Positions 63,140 through 64,000 of a stretch of DNA of 64,000 nucleotides are shown piece by piece. Positions within the stretch are counted from its first letter, which is position 1, and every line of letters begins with the position of its first letter. Under the pieces are notes generated by a model. It did not search any database. It saw only the letters and a list, made by a program, of their open reading frames with translations, and had not been told where the DNA came from. The stretch lies in NCBI RefSeq assembly GCF_006345805.1, contig NC_043004.1:49352001-49416000 (forward strand). The letters are read 5' to 3'. The DNA is from Octopus sinensis (Eukaryota). The position numbers and the translations under genes were made by a program.

Positions 63140-63935
63140 AATATTTCTCTGTGAGCCTTGACTAGCCAAGCTGGGCACCACCCTGAAGGGTTTTAGTCAC
63201 CGGTTGTCAAGCAGTGGTGGGGACAAACACAAAGATACACATATGCATGCACACACACACACACACACAATGAATTTCTTTCAGCTTGTGTTTACCAAAC
63301 CTACTCACAAGGCTTTGGTCAGCCCAGGGTTATGGAAGACACTTGCCCACACTATGGTATTGAACCTGAAGCTATGTGTTTGGGAATTAAACTTCGTACC
63401 ACACAGCCATGAAAATTAACAATCTAGTGATGTGGTGTTTATAGTTTATGTACTGCATTCCTTCCATACAGTGTGTCCTTCAACATTACGTGTCCCTTAC
63501 AGCTTTAACTCACAAACTGACAAATATCAGATACAAAATAAAAGGTGGAGGGGAATATTTTTCTCTCCCATCTCTGTATTAATGAAAGTTACTAGACTGC
63601 AGCCATGCTGGGACACCACCTTCAAGAGTTTTTAGTTAAATGAATTGACCCCAGAACTTTTTTTTTAGCCTGGCACTTACTCTGTTGGTTTCCTTTGCTG
63701 AGCCGTTAAACTAGGATATAAATACACTGGTTGTCAAGCAGTTATGGGGGACAAACACAAAGAAAGGTATGTGCACACACACACACACACACAAATGAAG
63801 GGCTTCTTTCAGCTTCTGTCTACCAAATCCACTCACGAGGTTTTGGTTGAAGATGCTTACCCAAGGTGCTATGCTGTAGGACTGAATCTGGAACCAGAGG
63901 GTTGGGAAGCAAGCTTCTTACCACACTGCCATGCC
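63140..63935 (-). mobile_element. Two older S1 SINE copies
   Basis: Reverse complement of the S1 tail and head at 63140-63420 and 63590-63935. Confidence 0.75.
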
Positions 63936-64000
63936 AGGTAGGAGAGTCCACTTTGCTGGACATTGTTGTAGAGCTGAAAAAGAGGTAATTTCTACTCTTC

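Overview
AT-rich eukaryotic genomic DNA dominated by microsatellites and decayed transposons. The repeat repertoire (tRNA-headed SINEs with TA/TG-microsatellite bodies, RTE, R4/Dong and Penelope-like retroelements, several mariners) suggests a coleoid cephalopod (Octopus-like) genome; this is inference, not a search result. Most ORFs in the track are microsatellite artefacts or transposon remnants. I see no rRNA, bona fide tRNA gene or CRISPR array, and I cannot name a host gene: only short, low-confidence exon candidates (7-85; 12.86-14.04 kb; 29.1, 38.0, 60.2 kb). CpG decay in SINE copies suggests two methylated domains (~9.5-28 kb and ~40-59.5 kb) separated by CpG-retaining promoter-like zones. 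Highlights: (1) a 39-bp perfect-hairpin mini-transposon with an 8-bp TSD that shares its GGATCTTTTC termini with a 415-432 bp telomere-repeat-containing MITE (Merlin-like); (2) a tRNA-headed non-autonomous element carrying Penelope-type minimal hammerhead ribozyme motifs in inverted orientation, plus a second hammerhead-like family with a variant CUGUNGA core tied to a Penelope-like element; (3) a cluster of D-box/CRE bZIP palindromes, with half-sites amplified inside a higher-order microsatellite, at a probable promoter (38-39.2 kb); (4) an IR-DR type Tc1; (5) R4/Dong-like LINE ends stacked in an (AAT)n tract.
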